DNA from: a virus
DNA: 64,000 nt
Strand: one strand, 5' to 3'
IMG/VR virus record: IMGVR_UViG_3300042341_001047
In this document: piece by piece, positions 27,593 to 37,603 of the stretch
Numbering within the stretch: the first letter of the stretch is position 1
Layout: the number at the start of each line of letters is the position of its first letter
Program-made: the position numbers and the translations under genes
The notes under the pieces: model-generated
The model's input: the letters and a program-made list of their open reading frames with translations, nothing else
Database searches by the model: none
Told to the model about the DNA's origin: nothing

Positions 27593-29304
27593 AATTCGAA
27601 TTCCCCACCACCTTCAGCAGGAGGAGTTTCTCCACCCTCAGCCGGAGCTTCTGGAGCGGCTTGAGCACCTTGAGCAGGAGCTTCACCTTCAGCAGGAGGC
27701 GTCTCACCACCTTCAGCAGGAGCTTCACCACCTTCAGCAGGAGCACCACCGGCAGCGGCGGCAGCGGCGGCGACAGACGCAGCATCTTTAGCCCAGTATC
27801 TTTGATTTTCAGCAATTTCCTCTTGAGTAAGTTTAAATACATTGTCTATTAAGTAATCAACGTGGAAGTAAGGTTTCTCACCATTCATAATTCCAACTAA
27901 TGTTCCAAATATCTCAGCTTTCTTAGCTAAGTTTCCTAATTTCTTCCACTCTTCAAATACTTGATTTGAGTTAAAAGTAATATCCATTTGATTCATGATA
28001 ACTTCATCATCTTTCAACTCAGGGAACTCAATTAACATTTGTAATTTAAGAGGTTTAACAATTAATTCTTTAAAGTTAGCTCTTAATCTATTAACAAAGT
28101 TATAAAACTTAATCTCATCTCTTGTCATCTCAGAAGCATCTGAGAAAAGGTTACCACCACCATTTTCTTTATCGAATCTTTGGAAAGGAATTTTAGAAGC
28201 TCTTTTCAAAGCATTATAGAACCAAGTTAACATATCAGACTCATTCAAGTTATGTCCTTCTGGTGAAACTAATTCCATAGCTGGTGTACCAGCATCTCCT
28301 TCAGGAAACCAAATTTGTTTATTATAAGGTAAGTGTTTAGCCCCATTGATACTTAAAGTACCTAATGTATCATCCCATTCTACTTCTTCAGAATAGTCAT
28401 TAATTAATTGACCAATTTGTTCTTCAGCTCTTTGTCTTGATAAACCTTTAATTGGAATAGTAAATTTTTGATAAACGGTAGCATTAATAATGTTAAACAT
28501 AACTCTTGTTTGTTCAAGAATCTTTAACTGATTATATGGTTTAATTAAACCTTCAACATAAGAAGTTTCTGAATAATCATTTTGAGTAGAGTAAGAAATA
28601 TAAACTATTTGAGAATCTAAGAATATTCTTCTTAATTGAGGATCCTCTGGAAACTGAATCCATAAGTGACCTATTGTTGGTTCATAAGCTGGAACTAAAG
28701 TTTCTGGTCTTAATCTATTAAATCCAATGATATTTTTCTTTTTATCATCATAAATAATTTCAAGTGCTAAATAACCATCAACTAAAAAGTCTTTCATCAT
28801 ATTCCAAGCCGTGATACTATCACCGAATCCAAACTTATTATAAATTTTTTCAAAATACTCTTGATATTTATCTTTTACTTCTTGTGGATACTCATTAGAT
28901 AATGTTTTTGGAGAACAAAAGTCTCTATCATCATTGTAAACGATACTCTCATCAGCTATCGAACTAACAAAGTCTCTAATCTCATCTTTAATAGAATACT
29001 CTCTTAGGATTCTTCTTTTATCACCATATGCTTTATCTAAGTAAGGAATAGATTTTCTATTTAATACCGAAGCAACGGCTCTTTGAGAAAAGAAATCATA
29101 CATTGAGTTACCTCTAGCAGCGTATGGATCTTCGTTGATACCAATACCTACTTGATTTCTAACAATCATATCATCATAATTCATACCATATGATGATAAA
29201 CTTCTTAAAATTCTATTAAAAAGTCCTTTGTTTTCAACTGCACTATTTGTGTAAGCGAAATTCGAATTTGATGTATCTTGATTAGATTGATTATAAGAAG
29301 CCAT
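27589..29304 (-). CDS. portal protein (gp20-like)
   Basis: LVDG, IKPYNQLKILE, LKRASKIP..RF, EMTRDEIKF..FVNRLR; Ala/Pro/Glu/Gly tail. Confidence 0.9.
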   Translation of the reverse strand: MASYNQSNQDTSNSNFAYTNSAVENKGLFNRILRSLSSYGMNYDDMIVRNQVGIGINEDPYAARGNSMYDFFSQRAVASVLNRKSIPYLDKAYGDKRRILREYSIKDEIRDFVSSIADESIVYNDDRDFCSPKTLSNEYPQEVKDKYQEYFEKIYNKFGFGDSITAWNMMKDFLVDGYLALEIIYDDKKKNIIGFNRLRPETLVPAYEPTIGHLWIQFPEDPQLRRIFLDSQIVYISYSTQNDYSETSYVEGLIKPYNQLKILEQTRVMFNIINATVYQKFTIPIKGLSRQRAEEQIGQLINDYSEEVEWDDTLGTLSINGAKHLPYNKQIWFPEGDAGTPAMELVSPEGHNLNESDMLTWFYNALKRASKIPFQRFDKENGGGNLFSDASEMTRDEIKFYNFVNRLRANFKELIVKPLKLQMLIEFPELKDDEVIMNQMDITFNSNQVFEEWKKLGNLAKKAEIFGTLVGIMNGEKPYFHVDYLIDNVFKLTQEEIAENQRYWAKDAASVAAAAAAAGGAPAEGGEAPAEGGETPPAEGEAPAQGAQAAPEAPAEGGETPPAEGGGEFEF

Positions 29305-29375
29305 TTATTGTTTTAATAAAATTTATATTATATATTAAAATCAAAGAGTCCCTCCAAACAATTGATAATGTTGAA

Positions 29376-29852
29376 TTATACATAGAAAGTTCTAAAAACA
29401 ACCTTCAAATCTGTTGAAGTTAGCTTACTTTCAACGAAAAATGATTGAAAATCGTCTTGATTTTTAGAAATTGCATCTACTAATTTTTGAAATTTCATAG
29501 CTGATCTTTTCTCTAAAAATTTATTACCTTCACTCCAAGTAATATCACCTGTTTTAGGATCGATAACAGAGTCTATTCTATGTGTATTATTACCAGAGTT
29601 GAATATGGATCTAAGTAAAAAAGACTCACCTGATCTAAATAAACTCATCTCTTGGAACTTAGCCTCAGGAAAAGGTCTAACACCACCAACTAAAATACCA
29701 AAAATCATCTCGTCAACTTCTCTTCTAGACATATTAACAGCGTGTGTTCTTAATTCTTTAGCTCTATCGATTTGCCCAAAATCTTCTAATTTATCAGCAG
29801 CACTGATATATGTTGAGTAATCCAATTCTTCAAATTTTCTGATGTGTTTCAT
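29376..29852 (-). CDS. hypothetical protein with capsid-targeting-like N-terminus
   Basis: MKHIRKFEE; late motif. Confidence 0.6.
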   Translation of the reverse strand: MKHIRKFEELDYSTYISAADKLEDFGQIDRAKELRTHAVNMSRREVDEMIFGILVGGVRPFPEAKFQEMSLFRSGESFLLRSIFNSGNNTHRIDSVIDPKTGDITWSEGNKFLEKRSAMKFQKLVDAISKNQDDFQSFFVESKLTSTDLKVVFRTFYV

Positions 29853-29886
29853 AGTATTTTGTATATTTTATATGATTATATATTAA

Positions 29887-30582
29887 TTATTTATTACCAT
29901 ATTTTTTTTGATTGCTTTGAATTCTTTGTATATGTTTTTTCAATACAACATATTTATCGGAAATTTCTCCTCGAACATCATAGAAGTCATCCATAGATGA
30001 GTTCATTATTTCTTGATGTCTCTTATCCTTATCCTTTAACTTAACTTGCCATATATCAAATAACTTACCTGGATCATATTTATTTTTAGGGTGTCCAGAT
30101 ATTAAAAATCTAGGAACTAAACTCATATCAATTCTATGAACTAATTTAACCAATCTAACATCATATTCAACGATAGAATATTCAAATCCAAACTTTATAA
30201 GTTCAGCATACATACCCTCATAATTAACTTTTAATGGTCTATTTTGGTCTAAATCCTCTTCTGTAATAAATTTATCAAATAAAAAAGCTCTTACTTCAAG
30301 TGGTATAAAATTTAAATTAACACCAAATACTATTATCTGTTTTCCTATTTTTTTATAGTTTGTAACAAAAATAGGAGACCACTTCATCCAATTAGAACTA
30401 TCAAGGTAATGTAAGTGAAAAAACATACCAGGCATTAAATCCTTAACATCAATAGCAAAAACATCTTTATCAGATTTTTGATACTTATTATAAAAATATA
30501 AAGAGTTATTTTTAAAATTATCTGCTATACCATCTCCGTCAACTAACATTCTAAGACCTATTCTATCAACCAATTCCCCCAT
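29887..30582 (-). CDS. DNA end protector (gp2-like)
   Basis: PGMFFHLHY and FGVNLNFIPLEVRAFLFD; divergent from the gp4-like gene. Confidence 0.55.
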   Translation of the reverse strand: MGELVDRIGLRMLVDGDGIADNFKNNSLYFYNKYQKSDKDVFAIDVKDLMPGMFFHLHYLDSSNWMKWSPIFVTNYKKIGKQIIVFGVNLNFIPLEVRAFLFDKFITEEDLDQNRPLKVNYEGMYAELIKFGFEYSIVEYDVRLVKLVHRIDMSLVPRFLISGHPKNKYDPGKLFDIWQVKLKDKDKRHQEIMNSSMDDFYDVRGEISDKYVVLKKHIQRIQSNQKKYGNK

Positions 30583-30624
30583 GAGTTTAATTTTCTTTTA
30601 TATATAAAGAAAACTATTATAGAT

Positions 30625-31149
30625 ATGTTAAATTCAAAACCAAATAACTCTAATTATAATCAAGGAAATTATATACCTAAGAATAAAGACAAGGTAATTA
30701 AGTTAAATACACAAGGTGGTGTTTATTTTAGAAGTTCTTGGGAAAAGAAAATTATGTATTGGTTAGACATGAAATCAGAAATTATAAAATGGGGAGCAGA
30801 ATGTTTACAAATACCATATCAAATGACACACTTTGATAATGGTGACACAAAAGTCAAAAGTCATATATATCACGTTGACTTTTATTATGAAATGAGAATC
30901 AATGGAGAACTAAAACAAATAGTAGCCGAAGTTAAACCAATGAAAGAGTATAAAATGGTTCAAGCTCTAAACGAAGGAAGATTAGAAGTACCTGATAAAG
31001 GAACTAAGAAACTAAAAAACTTTGAGTACGACTTAAAAATGGCTTATAAAAATAAACAAAAGTGGGAAACCGTGATTGAATGGTGTAATAAAAAGGGATA
31101 TACCTTCATTATAATAACTGAAGATCATCTTAAGAAGTTTAATGTATAA
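30625..31149 (+). CDS. head completion nuclease (gp4-like, TnsA fold)
   Basis: YFRSSWE, W.AE..QIPY, YHVDF, EVKP, N..KW....WC...GY.F.IITE. Confidence 0.85.
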   Translation: MLNSKPNNSNYNQGNYIPKNKDKVIKLNTQGGVYFRSSWEKKIMYWLDMKSEIIKWGAECLQIPYQMTHFDNGDTKVKSHIYHVDFYYEMRINGELKQIVAEVKPMKEYKMVQALNEGRLEVPDKGTKKLKNFEYDLKMAYKNKQKWETVIEWCNKKGYTFIIITEDHLKKFNV

Positions 31150-31483
31150 GACTATAAATAAATATCATCAATATAAAGATGATAGAAATACTAGGTAGTA
31201 TATTATCCCAAACTGCATATAACCTTTTACTTAAATGATAAAATGGAAATTTAAGAAGATATAGAGAAAGTAAAGTAATAAATAATACTTTTTGAGATGA
31301 CCATAATCCTATAATCATCCAAACAAAAAATAGAAATTCTGTGAAGTAATAAACTAAGTCTATTTTTTTAATAGCCATTAAATCTTTATTTCTAAAGTTT
31401 AAGTCCAATCTTTGTTTGTTAAAAACAAGAAATATCTTAGTCCATATAAAAACTAAAATAAAATAATAAAAAAAAGTAATCAT
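31139..31483 (-). CDS. membrane protein
   Basis: 3-4 hydrophobic segments in 114 aa. Confidence 0.55.
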   Translation of the reverse strand: MITFFYYFILVFIWTKIFLVFNKQRLDLNFRNKDLMAIKKIDLVYYFTEFLFFVWMIIGLWSSQKVLFITLLSLYLLKFPFYHLSKRLYAVWDNILPSISIIFILMIFIYSLIH

Positions 31484-31785
31484 ATCATTTCTGTGTTATA
31501 TATTATATCTTCAAATTTTATAAGATTTTGAAATTCAACCTCAGATATTTTAACAGAATTTGAAGTGGATAATAAATTATAAATACTATCAGTTAGAAAA
31601 ACTTCAATTCCTTCACCAACAATACTATCATATTCATTGGGTATATCACCAGATTCTCTATTAGAATAAATATTTGAAACAAATTTTATTCTTTCATCTT
31701 CATTAATATGAATTGAGCATCCATTACTAAACACACCATCATTTTGATTTGACTCTTCCCAAAGTTGTAAAATAACCTTATTCAT
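31480..31785 (-). CDS. hypothetical protein
   Basis: ORF coupled to the next gene. Confidence 0.55.
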   Translation of the reverse strand: MNKVILQLWEESNQNDGVFSNGCSIHINEDERIKFVSNIYSNRESGDIPNEYDSIVGEGIEVFLTDSIYNLLSTSNSVKISEVEFQNLIKFEDIIYNTEMI

Positions 31786-31856
31786 TTTTTTAATAATTTA
31801 TAGTCATTTTATAAAACAATTGTGAGAAAGTTTCATAAAATAAAAAAAACTTTAAA

Positions 31857-32966
31857 ATGAGCGTAAAATTAGAATACATTTGGTTAGATGGTTCGGAACC
31901 ACAACAATTAAGAAGTAAAACTAAAATTGTCGAAAAATCAGACACACTTTTGGCAAAAGATTACTCTATGTGGTCTTTCGATGGAAGTTCAACACTACAA
32001 GCAGAATCAGGAAGAGGTAAAAATACAGATTGTCTTTTAAAACCAGTGTTTATAACAAAAGATCCATTCAGAGGATATCCACACAGATTAGTATTTTGTG
32101 AAGTATTAAATCCTGACGGAACTCCACATATAACTAATCACAGATATAAGTTAGAAGAAAAAATGAATCAGTTAGGATTACTTGAAACGATTGATAAAAA
32201 CGAACAACCTTGGTTTGGTTGGGAACAAGAATACACACTAACACATAAGACAGGAAATCCTTTTGTTGAAGGTGAAGGTTTGCCATTAGGATTTACAAAA
32301 GATATTTTACACCCAGGAATAGGAACCTCATTAAATCCAAGACCACAAGGTGATTATTATTGTGGTATTGGAGCTGATACGGTTATTGGTCGTAATATAG
32401 TTGAAGAACATATGGATATGTGTATAGAAGTAGGTTTAGATATATCAGGAATAAACGCTGAAGTATTACTTGGTCAATGGGAATATCAAATTGGTCCAGT
32501 TACATCATTAAATGGATCGGACCAATTATGGGTTTCTAGATATTTACTACAAAGAGTTGCTGAAAAATATGATACTAATGTTTCACTTCATCCAAAACCA
32601 TTAAAAGGGGACTGGAACGGAACTGGATGTCATGTGAACTTTTCTACTAAGGAAATGAGAGAAGAAGGTGGATTGGATATAATCAAAGAAACAATGCCTA
32701 AATTAGAGAGATTTCAAAAAGAACACATTGAAATCTATGGTTTATTCAATGAAGAAAGATTAACAGGACAACACGAAACATCAAGTATTAATGATTTCAG
32801 CTATGGATTTTCTACAAGAGATACTTCTATCAGAATTCCAGCACAAGCTATAATTGAAAAGAAAGGTTACTTTGAAGATAGAAGACCAGCATCAAATTGT
32901 GACCCTTATTTAGTTTCAGAAAGAATGTTAGAAACGGTATATAGTGGTGTTGAAACAGAAGCTTAA
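31857..32966 (+). CDS. glnII: glutamine synthetase type II
   Basis: EYIWLDG, LRSKT, FDGSST, NAEV..GQWEYQ, HPKP..GDWNGTGCH, EDRRPASNCDPY. Confidence 0.93.
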   Translation: MSVKLEYIWLDGSEPQQLRSKTKIVEKSDTLLAKDYSMWSFDGSSTLQAESGRGKNTDCLLKPVFITKDPFRGYPHRLVFCEVLNPDGTPHITNHRYKLEEKMNQLGLLETIDKNEQPWFGWEQEYTLTHKTGNPFVEGEGLPLGFTKDILHPGIGTSLNPRPQGDYYCGIGADTVIGRNIVEEHMDMCIEVGLDISGINAEVLLGQWEYQIGPVTSLNGSDQLWVSRYLLQRVAEKYDTNVSLHPKPLKGDWNGTGCHVNFSTKEMREEGGLDIIKETMPKLERFQKEHIEIYGLFNEERLTGQHETSSINDFSYGFSTRDTSIRIPAQAIIEKKGYFEDRRPASNCDPYLVSERMLETVYSGVETEA

Positions 32967-32979
32967 TATTAATAAAAAT

Positions 32980-33007
32980 AAAAACCTCTCAATTGAGAGG
33001 TTTTTTT
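32980..33007. terminator. bidirectional intrinsic terminator
   Basis: AAAACCTCTC-AATT-GAGAGGTTTTT. Confidence 0.7.
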
Positions 33008-33159
33008 ATTTTAAATAAGTTTTGAATTTTTTCTTTTCGTCTTTTCTGTCTTGAAGGAAATATAGTTATTGGTATATTAGCGGCACCAAATGCTGGTGTC
33101 ATAACTATATCAAATGTTTTTAGATTGATATTAGAGTGAGTGGAGTCCCATGCCATCAT
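32989..33159 (-). CDS. 56-aa prohead-protease fragment with tag (not in ORF track)
   Basis: MMAWDSTHSNINLKTFDIVMTPAFGAANIPITIFPSRQKRRKEKIQNLFKIKKPLN; overlaps the sigma gene end by 29 nt. Confidence 0.55.
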   Translation of the reverse strand: MMAWDSTHSNINLKTFDIVMTPAFGAANIPITIFPSRQKRRKEKIQNLFKIKKPLN

Positions 33160-33496
33160 TTGATCCCTCTATTGATAATAATTTAATTAAATTATCATTA
33201 TCGCCTTTTTTCTTATATAACTCATTAAACCCCTTAGCTATTCCTCTTTTAAAGACTTCGGTGAAGTAAGCAAATGCGTTTACTGATTTATCCTCGTTGA
33301 AATTGTACCAGTTTTGGAACATATCAAGTAATCCGGATTGGTAACAATCTAATTTATCATCATTAGACCAGTATCTCATTTTTTTAATTGTTTTCTTTGC
33401 TAGTAGCTCTAACATTTTCTCAGCATTTCTTGTGAGTTTTCCTTGAGCTTTTGATATGATTACCTCAATATAAAGGTCTTTGTTGTTTAGATACAT
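33131..33496 (-). CDS. late sigma factor (gp55-like)
   Basis: YLNNKDL and W.NFN..KS.NAFAYFT, typical of gp55-like sigma region 2. Confidence 0.75.
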   Translation of the reverse strand: MYLNNKDLYIEVIISKAQGKLTRNAEKMLELLAKKTIKKMRYWSNDDKLDCYQSGLLDMFQNWYNFNEDKSVNAFAYFTEVFKRGIAKGFNELYKKKGDNDNLIKLLSIEGSNDGMGLHSL

Positions 33497-33577
33497 TCAT
33501 ATTCATTATTTTTTTAAGGTTCTTAACCTTTCATGATTTCATGTTATATACTTTTTTTATATAAAAGTTTTAAAATA

Positions 33578-33609
33578 AAAAAATCCTCAAATAAATTTGA
33601 GGATTTTTT
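33578..33609 (-). terminator. intrinsic terminator
   Basis: AAAAATCCTCAAA-TAAA-TTTGAGGATTTTT. Confidence 0.7.
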
Positions 33610-33623
33610 AATATGTTTTGAAA

Positions 33624-34907
33624 TTACGCTCTAACTCTTTCGTTATATTGTAACTCTTTTGTTGCGTTTAATTCAGTGTTTAAAACATCTCTTCTTTTTT
33701 CTAAATTTTTAAGAGCTGTTACTAAAACTGCTGATTCACCAATCATTTGGATAGAACCTTTAACTTTCTCAATGTTAAATTGAACATCTTCTAATTTAAG
33801 AGTGATTTCTCTTTCTTTATCTTCAAGTTTTCTTTTAACGATTAATTCTTTATCTAATCTATTTTCGTAGAAATATGTTAAATCATAGTTTAATTCATTT
33901 CTTACTTCATTTACCAACTCTAAAGCTGATTCATATTTGAAGAAAGAGTTACCATATCTCTCATCACATCTATATAAATATGTACTATTTTTATAATTGA
34001 ATGCGAAGATTTCTAAATAAGGGTTAATTAAGTTATTAACTCTCTTAACAACATCTAATTCTACAAATTTATCTAAGTTTTTAGAAACCTCAAGTAAAAC
34101 AGGATAGAAGTTTTTATTAACAATTGGAATAATTGGAGAATCAAATACACTTTCCAATGTAGTCTCTTCGTTCATCTCATCATCATTGATGAATAAACTA
34201 CTTTTCTTACCAACCGAAAGACCGATAGTTAAATATTCCGAAATTCTGAAATTAACTCTATCTTCAGTAACTGAAGCATATTTCATAGCCGTTTCCAACA
34301 TTCTTAGACTTTTTAATTCTTCTTCGTTTTTAACGTGATTTTCTAAAAGAGTTTTCTCAATTGTATTTTCACTTAAAAGGAACCAAGAATCATTAACAAG
34401 AGCAACGTGACCATCTTCAACTTGTTCAACAATTGTGAATGTAGATTCACCTTTACCACCACTTAAAAGATTATTTCTTTTTTCAGGTGATTTTGTCAAA
34501 TTATGAACAAATAATTTAACTTCTGGTACCCAATCATAGATAGCTAATTCATTAAGAATTTTAGACATTCTATCTTGGTCAGTGTCTAAGTTAATTGTTT
34601 GAAGAAGAACGTTTAATGGTTGTCTATACAACTCTCCTTGATTTTTAGTATTAATCACATTATATAAATTTTTCAACTCATATAATAACTCATAATTCTT
34701 CACATCATCATTAAGATTTTCTAACAAAGATTTAACACTTTTATCGTATGTGTATGGTTTAAGCCTCTCATTAAGAGAGATAATGATTTGTTTTTCAGAT
34801 AACTCATTACAAGCATTCATATGTCCCTCAACTATCCCAGATACTTCCTCCTGTTCAAGAGTTAAGTTCTTTTTGAAGTTAAACAATTCAAGTTTAAGAT
34901 TCTTCAT
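33624..34907 (-). CDS. hypothetical late protein with coiled-coil C-terminus
   Basis: 427 aa; late motif upstream. Confidence 0.6.
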   Translation of the reverse strand: MKNLKLELFNFKKNLTLEQEEVSGIVEGHMNACNELSEKQIIISLNERLKPYTYDKSVKSLLENLNDDVKNYELLYELKNLYNVINTKNQGELYRQPLNVLLQTINLDTDQDRMSKILNELAIYDWVPEVKLFVHNLTKSPEKRNNLLSGGKGESTFTIVEQVEDGHVALVNDSWFLLSENTIEKTLLENHVKNEEELKSLRMLETAMKYASVTEDRVNFRISEYLTIGLSVGKKSSLFINDDEMNEETTLESVFDSPIIPIVNKNFYPVLLEVSKNLDKFVELDVVKRVNNLINPYLEIFAFNYKNSTYLYRCDERYGNSFFKYESALELVNEVRNELNYDLTYFYENRLDKELIVKRKLEDKEREITLKLEDVQFNIEKVKGSIQMIGESAVLVTALKNLEKRRDVLNTELNATKELQYNERVRA

Positions 34908-34985
34908 ATTTTAAAATATTTTTTTTTATATAACATATATATTAAGGCTTAAAAGTCATTTTTTACCATTTTTGAAAATTTATTT

Positions 34986-36143
34986 TTAATTTCCATTATT
35001 AGCATTATTAGGGTCCTGAGCATTAGGATTTATATTTCCACCTGATGCTCTTTCTCTTGCCTTCAGTATATTATTAAACCATCTAGTTCTTTTTGGTCGA
35101 ATATCATAAAAGTCAGTATTTGCAAAAGAACCTAAAGGATCACCTGGACTTGTAGAACCTTGTGTATTATAGAACGATCCAGTCACACCAATATTTCCAT
35201 TTGGACCTTGATTACCACCAGCATTCTCACTACCACCAACGGTACCAAATGCGGGATTGATAGCTCCACCACCAGGACCACCAGATCCACCAGGACCGCC
35301 ACCAACATATCCACTAGGATTTTGTTGATTTCCTGAACCAGGAGAACCAGGAAAAGCACCAGGAGCACCACCAAAAGAATTTGAACTACCATAACCCGGA
35401 GAACCAGGTTGTGCAAAACTATCAGAAATTCCACCAGCCAATGCAAATCCATTTGAATCAGCCATACCCGAACCTTGTGTTTGAGGATATCCAGTTGAAT
35501 TAATTCTATCTCTTCTAAAAGCTGGATAATAAGTCTCAACAGTAAAAGAAACTTTTAATTTAATATTATTATCAGATGTTAAATTCTTCTCTCTAGCCAT
35601 TTCTATTGAATTACTATCAGGCATCAATATAACAGCATCTATATTCATAAAGTTATGTTCAAAATACATAAATTTATATAACCAAAGTGTGTCTAATATT
35701 GCTTGACTACATTTAAAGGTATCTATCTCAGAACTAAGTAATATTTCTAAATCATAATTTACCGTAACCGGAACTGCTCTAACTTTAGCTAAAACTTTTC
35801 TAATCTCAACCTCGTTCTCAACAACCATTCTTAACCAAACATTAGGGTTGGCGAATTCATCAGATTTAATATTAAATCCAGTCATAGTTAGGTGCCCTCT
35901 TGGTATTAAATCAGTGTTTAATTCAACAAATCTGTTTTCAGAAACAATATCATCTTGAAAAGAATCTAGTAAAAATCTTTCATCTCCTGTAAGAGAGTAG
36001 TAAAAAGGAACCTGAACAAATTTATCACCTGAGGAAAATCTATTAATCCATTTTATCTGACCTTCAAGTGTATCTAAAACACAAACGGTAAGATCTCTAA
36101 AAAATATGTCTTCGAAATTAAATCTTTCTCCTATCATAGTCAT
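34986..36143 (-). CDS. tail terminator / neck protein (gp15-like) with Gly-rich segment
   Basis: VQVPFYY, IPRG, AVPVTVNYDL and FTVETYYP. Confidence 0.55.
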   Translation of the reverse strand: MTMIGERFNFEDIFFRDLTVCVLDTLEGQIKWINRFSSGDKFVQVPFYYSLTGDERFLLDSFQDDIVSENRFVELNTDLIPRGHLTMTGFNIKSDEFANPNVWLRMVVENEVEIRKVLAKVRAVPVTVNYDLEILLSSEIDTFKCSQAILDTLWLYKFMYFEHNFMNIDAVILMPDSNSIEMAREKNLTSDNNIKLKVSFTVETYYPAFRRDRINSTGYPQTQGSGMADSNGFALAGGISDSFAQPGSPGYGSSNSFGGAPGAFPGSPGSGNQQNPSGYVGGGPGGSGGPGGGAINPAFGTVGGSENAGGNQGPNGNIGVTGSFYNTQGSTSPGDPLGSFANTDFYDIRPKRTRWFNNILKARERASGGNINPNAQDPNNANNGN

Positions 36144-36204
36144 ATATATTAAATATAAACTTTCTCTTCATGAGATTATATACCTATTAATTAAGCGAAT
36201 AAAT

Positions 36205-37167
36205 ATGTCTGTTAAATCATTACTATTATGGGAAAAGTGGCGTCCAAAAACTATGGAGGATGTCATTCTTTTACCTAGAATCAGGAAACACTTTGAAAAT
36301 GGTGTCAATCAAAACTTTATATTCTATGGTCACTTTGGAACTGGAAAAACAAGTTTGGCTAGAATTCTTATTGGAAAATATACAAAAGATAAACCATTTT
36401 TAGAACTTAACTCTTCTTTATACACATCTATTGATGTTTTAAGAAGTGAGATTGAAGATTTCTGTAAGTTCACTCCAATGATGGAGACTGATTCCGATAT
36501 TAAATATATTTTCTTAGATGAGTTTGAAAGAGTGTCGGCTCAATTCCAAGACGCATTCAAAGCATTTATTGAAAAATATAATAAGAATGTTAGATTTATC
36601 ATTACAACGAATCACTTAAATAAGATTTCAGATGGTATTAAATCAAGAATACCCCAAATAAATTTTGATTGTCAAAATCTTGAAGAAGAGAAATATCTTA
36701 AACAAGAAGTTTACAGAAGAATCAACAATGTAATTCTACCTAAAGAAGGTAAAGAAATTCCTAAAGAAGATTTAGTTTCTATTATTACTAAAAAGTTTCC
36801 TGACTTCAGATCTATAATGGTCGAGGTTCAAAACTATTTAGAAACTGGTAGTTTAGGTGAAAATTCATCCAATGTGTCTAATAAGGTAAAATTAGATTTA
36901 TACTCTTGTATATATGATAAGTCAATGGATTATGAAAAGATATATCACTTCTTAATGTCTAACTTTGGACCTGAAAAAATTGATGTAATGATTAAACTAT
37001 TAGGTAAACCATTTATTGATTGGTCTATATCCGAAAGTAAGAATATAGATAAATTATTTGATTGTAATTTTATTATAGCTGATTATTCATCTAAGTTAGA
37101 AACTAATACAGATCCAATAATATTGGGTCTGACTATAATTGGAAAGTTTAGAGACATTTTAAATTAA
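36205..37167 (+). CDS. clamp loader subunit (gp44/RFC-like)
   Basis: WEKWRP, GHFGTGKTS, LDEFE, SRI. Confidence 0.88.
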   Translation: MSVKSLLLWEKWRPKTMEDVILLPRIRKHFENGVNQNFIFYGHFGTGKTSLARILIGKYTKDKPFLELNSSLYTSIDVLRSEIEDFCKFTPMMETDSDIKYIFLDEFERVSAQFQDAFKAFIEKYNKNVRFIITTNHLNKISDGIKSRIPQINFDCQNLEEEKYLKQEVYRRINNVILPKEGKEIPKEDLVSIITKKFPDFRSIMVEVQNYLETGSLGENSSNVSNKVKLDLYSCIYDKSMDYEKIYHFLMSNFGPEKIDVMIKLLGKPFIDWSISESKNIDKLFDCNFIIADYSSKLETNTDPIILGLTIIGKFRDILN

Positions 37168-37198
37168 ATAAGGGTATAATATATTTAATATATATGTT

Positions 37199-37573
37199 AT
37201 GCCAGCTGATTTTACAGATTTCTACATATTATACCCAGGTCATCCAAGATTCACTGATTCAAAAATCATCGAAGATGATATTATAAGTGTCATTATACAA
37301 AAATGGCAGATGATATTATTTACTAATAAAGGTGATGTTTTTGGATTACCAAATTTTGGAGGAAATTTAGTAGAATTACTACATGAAACAAGACTATCAG
37401 CTGATGTAATACAAGGAGATCTTACACAACAAATATTATCCTATATACCAGAAATATCTGGATTACCATACACATTAAAAGTAAACATATATGAGGATCC
37501 TGAAAGATATCAGGAATGGATGGAAATAGCCTTCACTATATCAGAATATGAAGTTTATGTAAGTGTTATCTAA
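37199..37573 (+). CDS. baseplate wedge gp25-like protein
   Basis: ILFTNKGDV...PNFGGNL..LL. Confidence 0.65.
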   Translation: MPADFTDFYILYPGHPRFTDSKIIEDDIISVIIQKWQMILFTNKGDVFGLPNFGGNLVELLHETRLSADVIQGDLTQQILSYIPEISGLPYTLKVNIYEDPERYQEWMEIAFTISEYEVYVSVI

Positions 37574-37603
37574 AATTGACTGGATTTTTTTATATATAGT
37601 ATT

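Noticed and set aside
22554-27852. ORFs 22554-, 22875+, 25151-, 27196-, 27558- and 27661+
   Set aside because: Shadow frames within well-supported genes; no independent signals.
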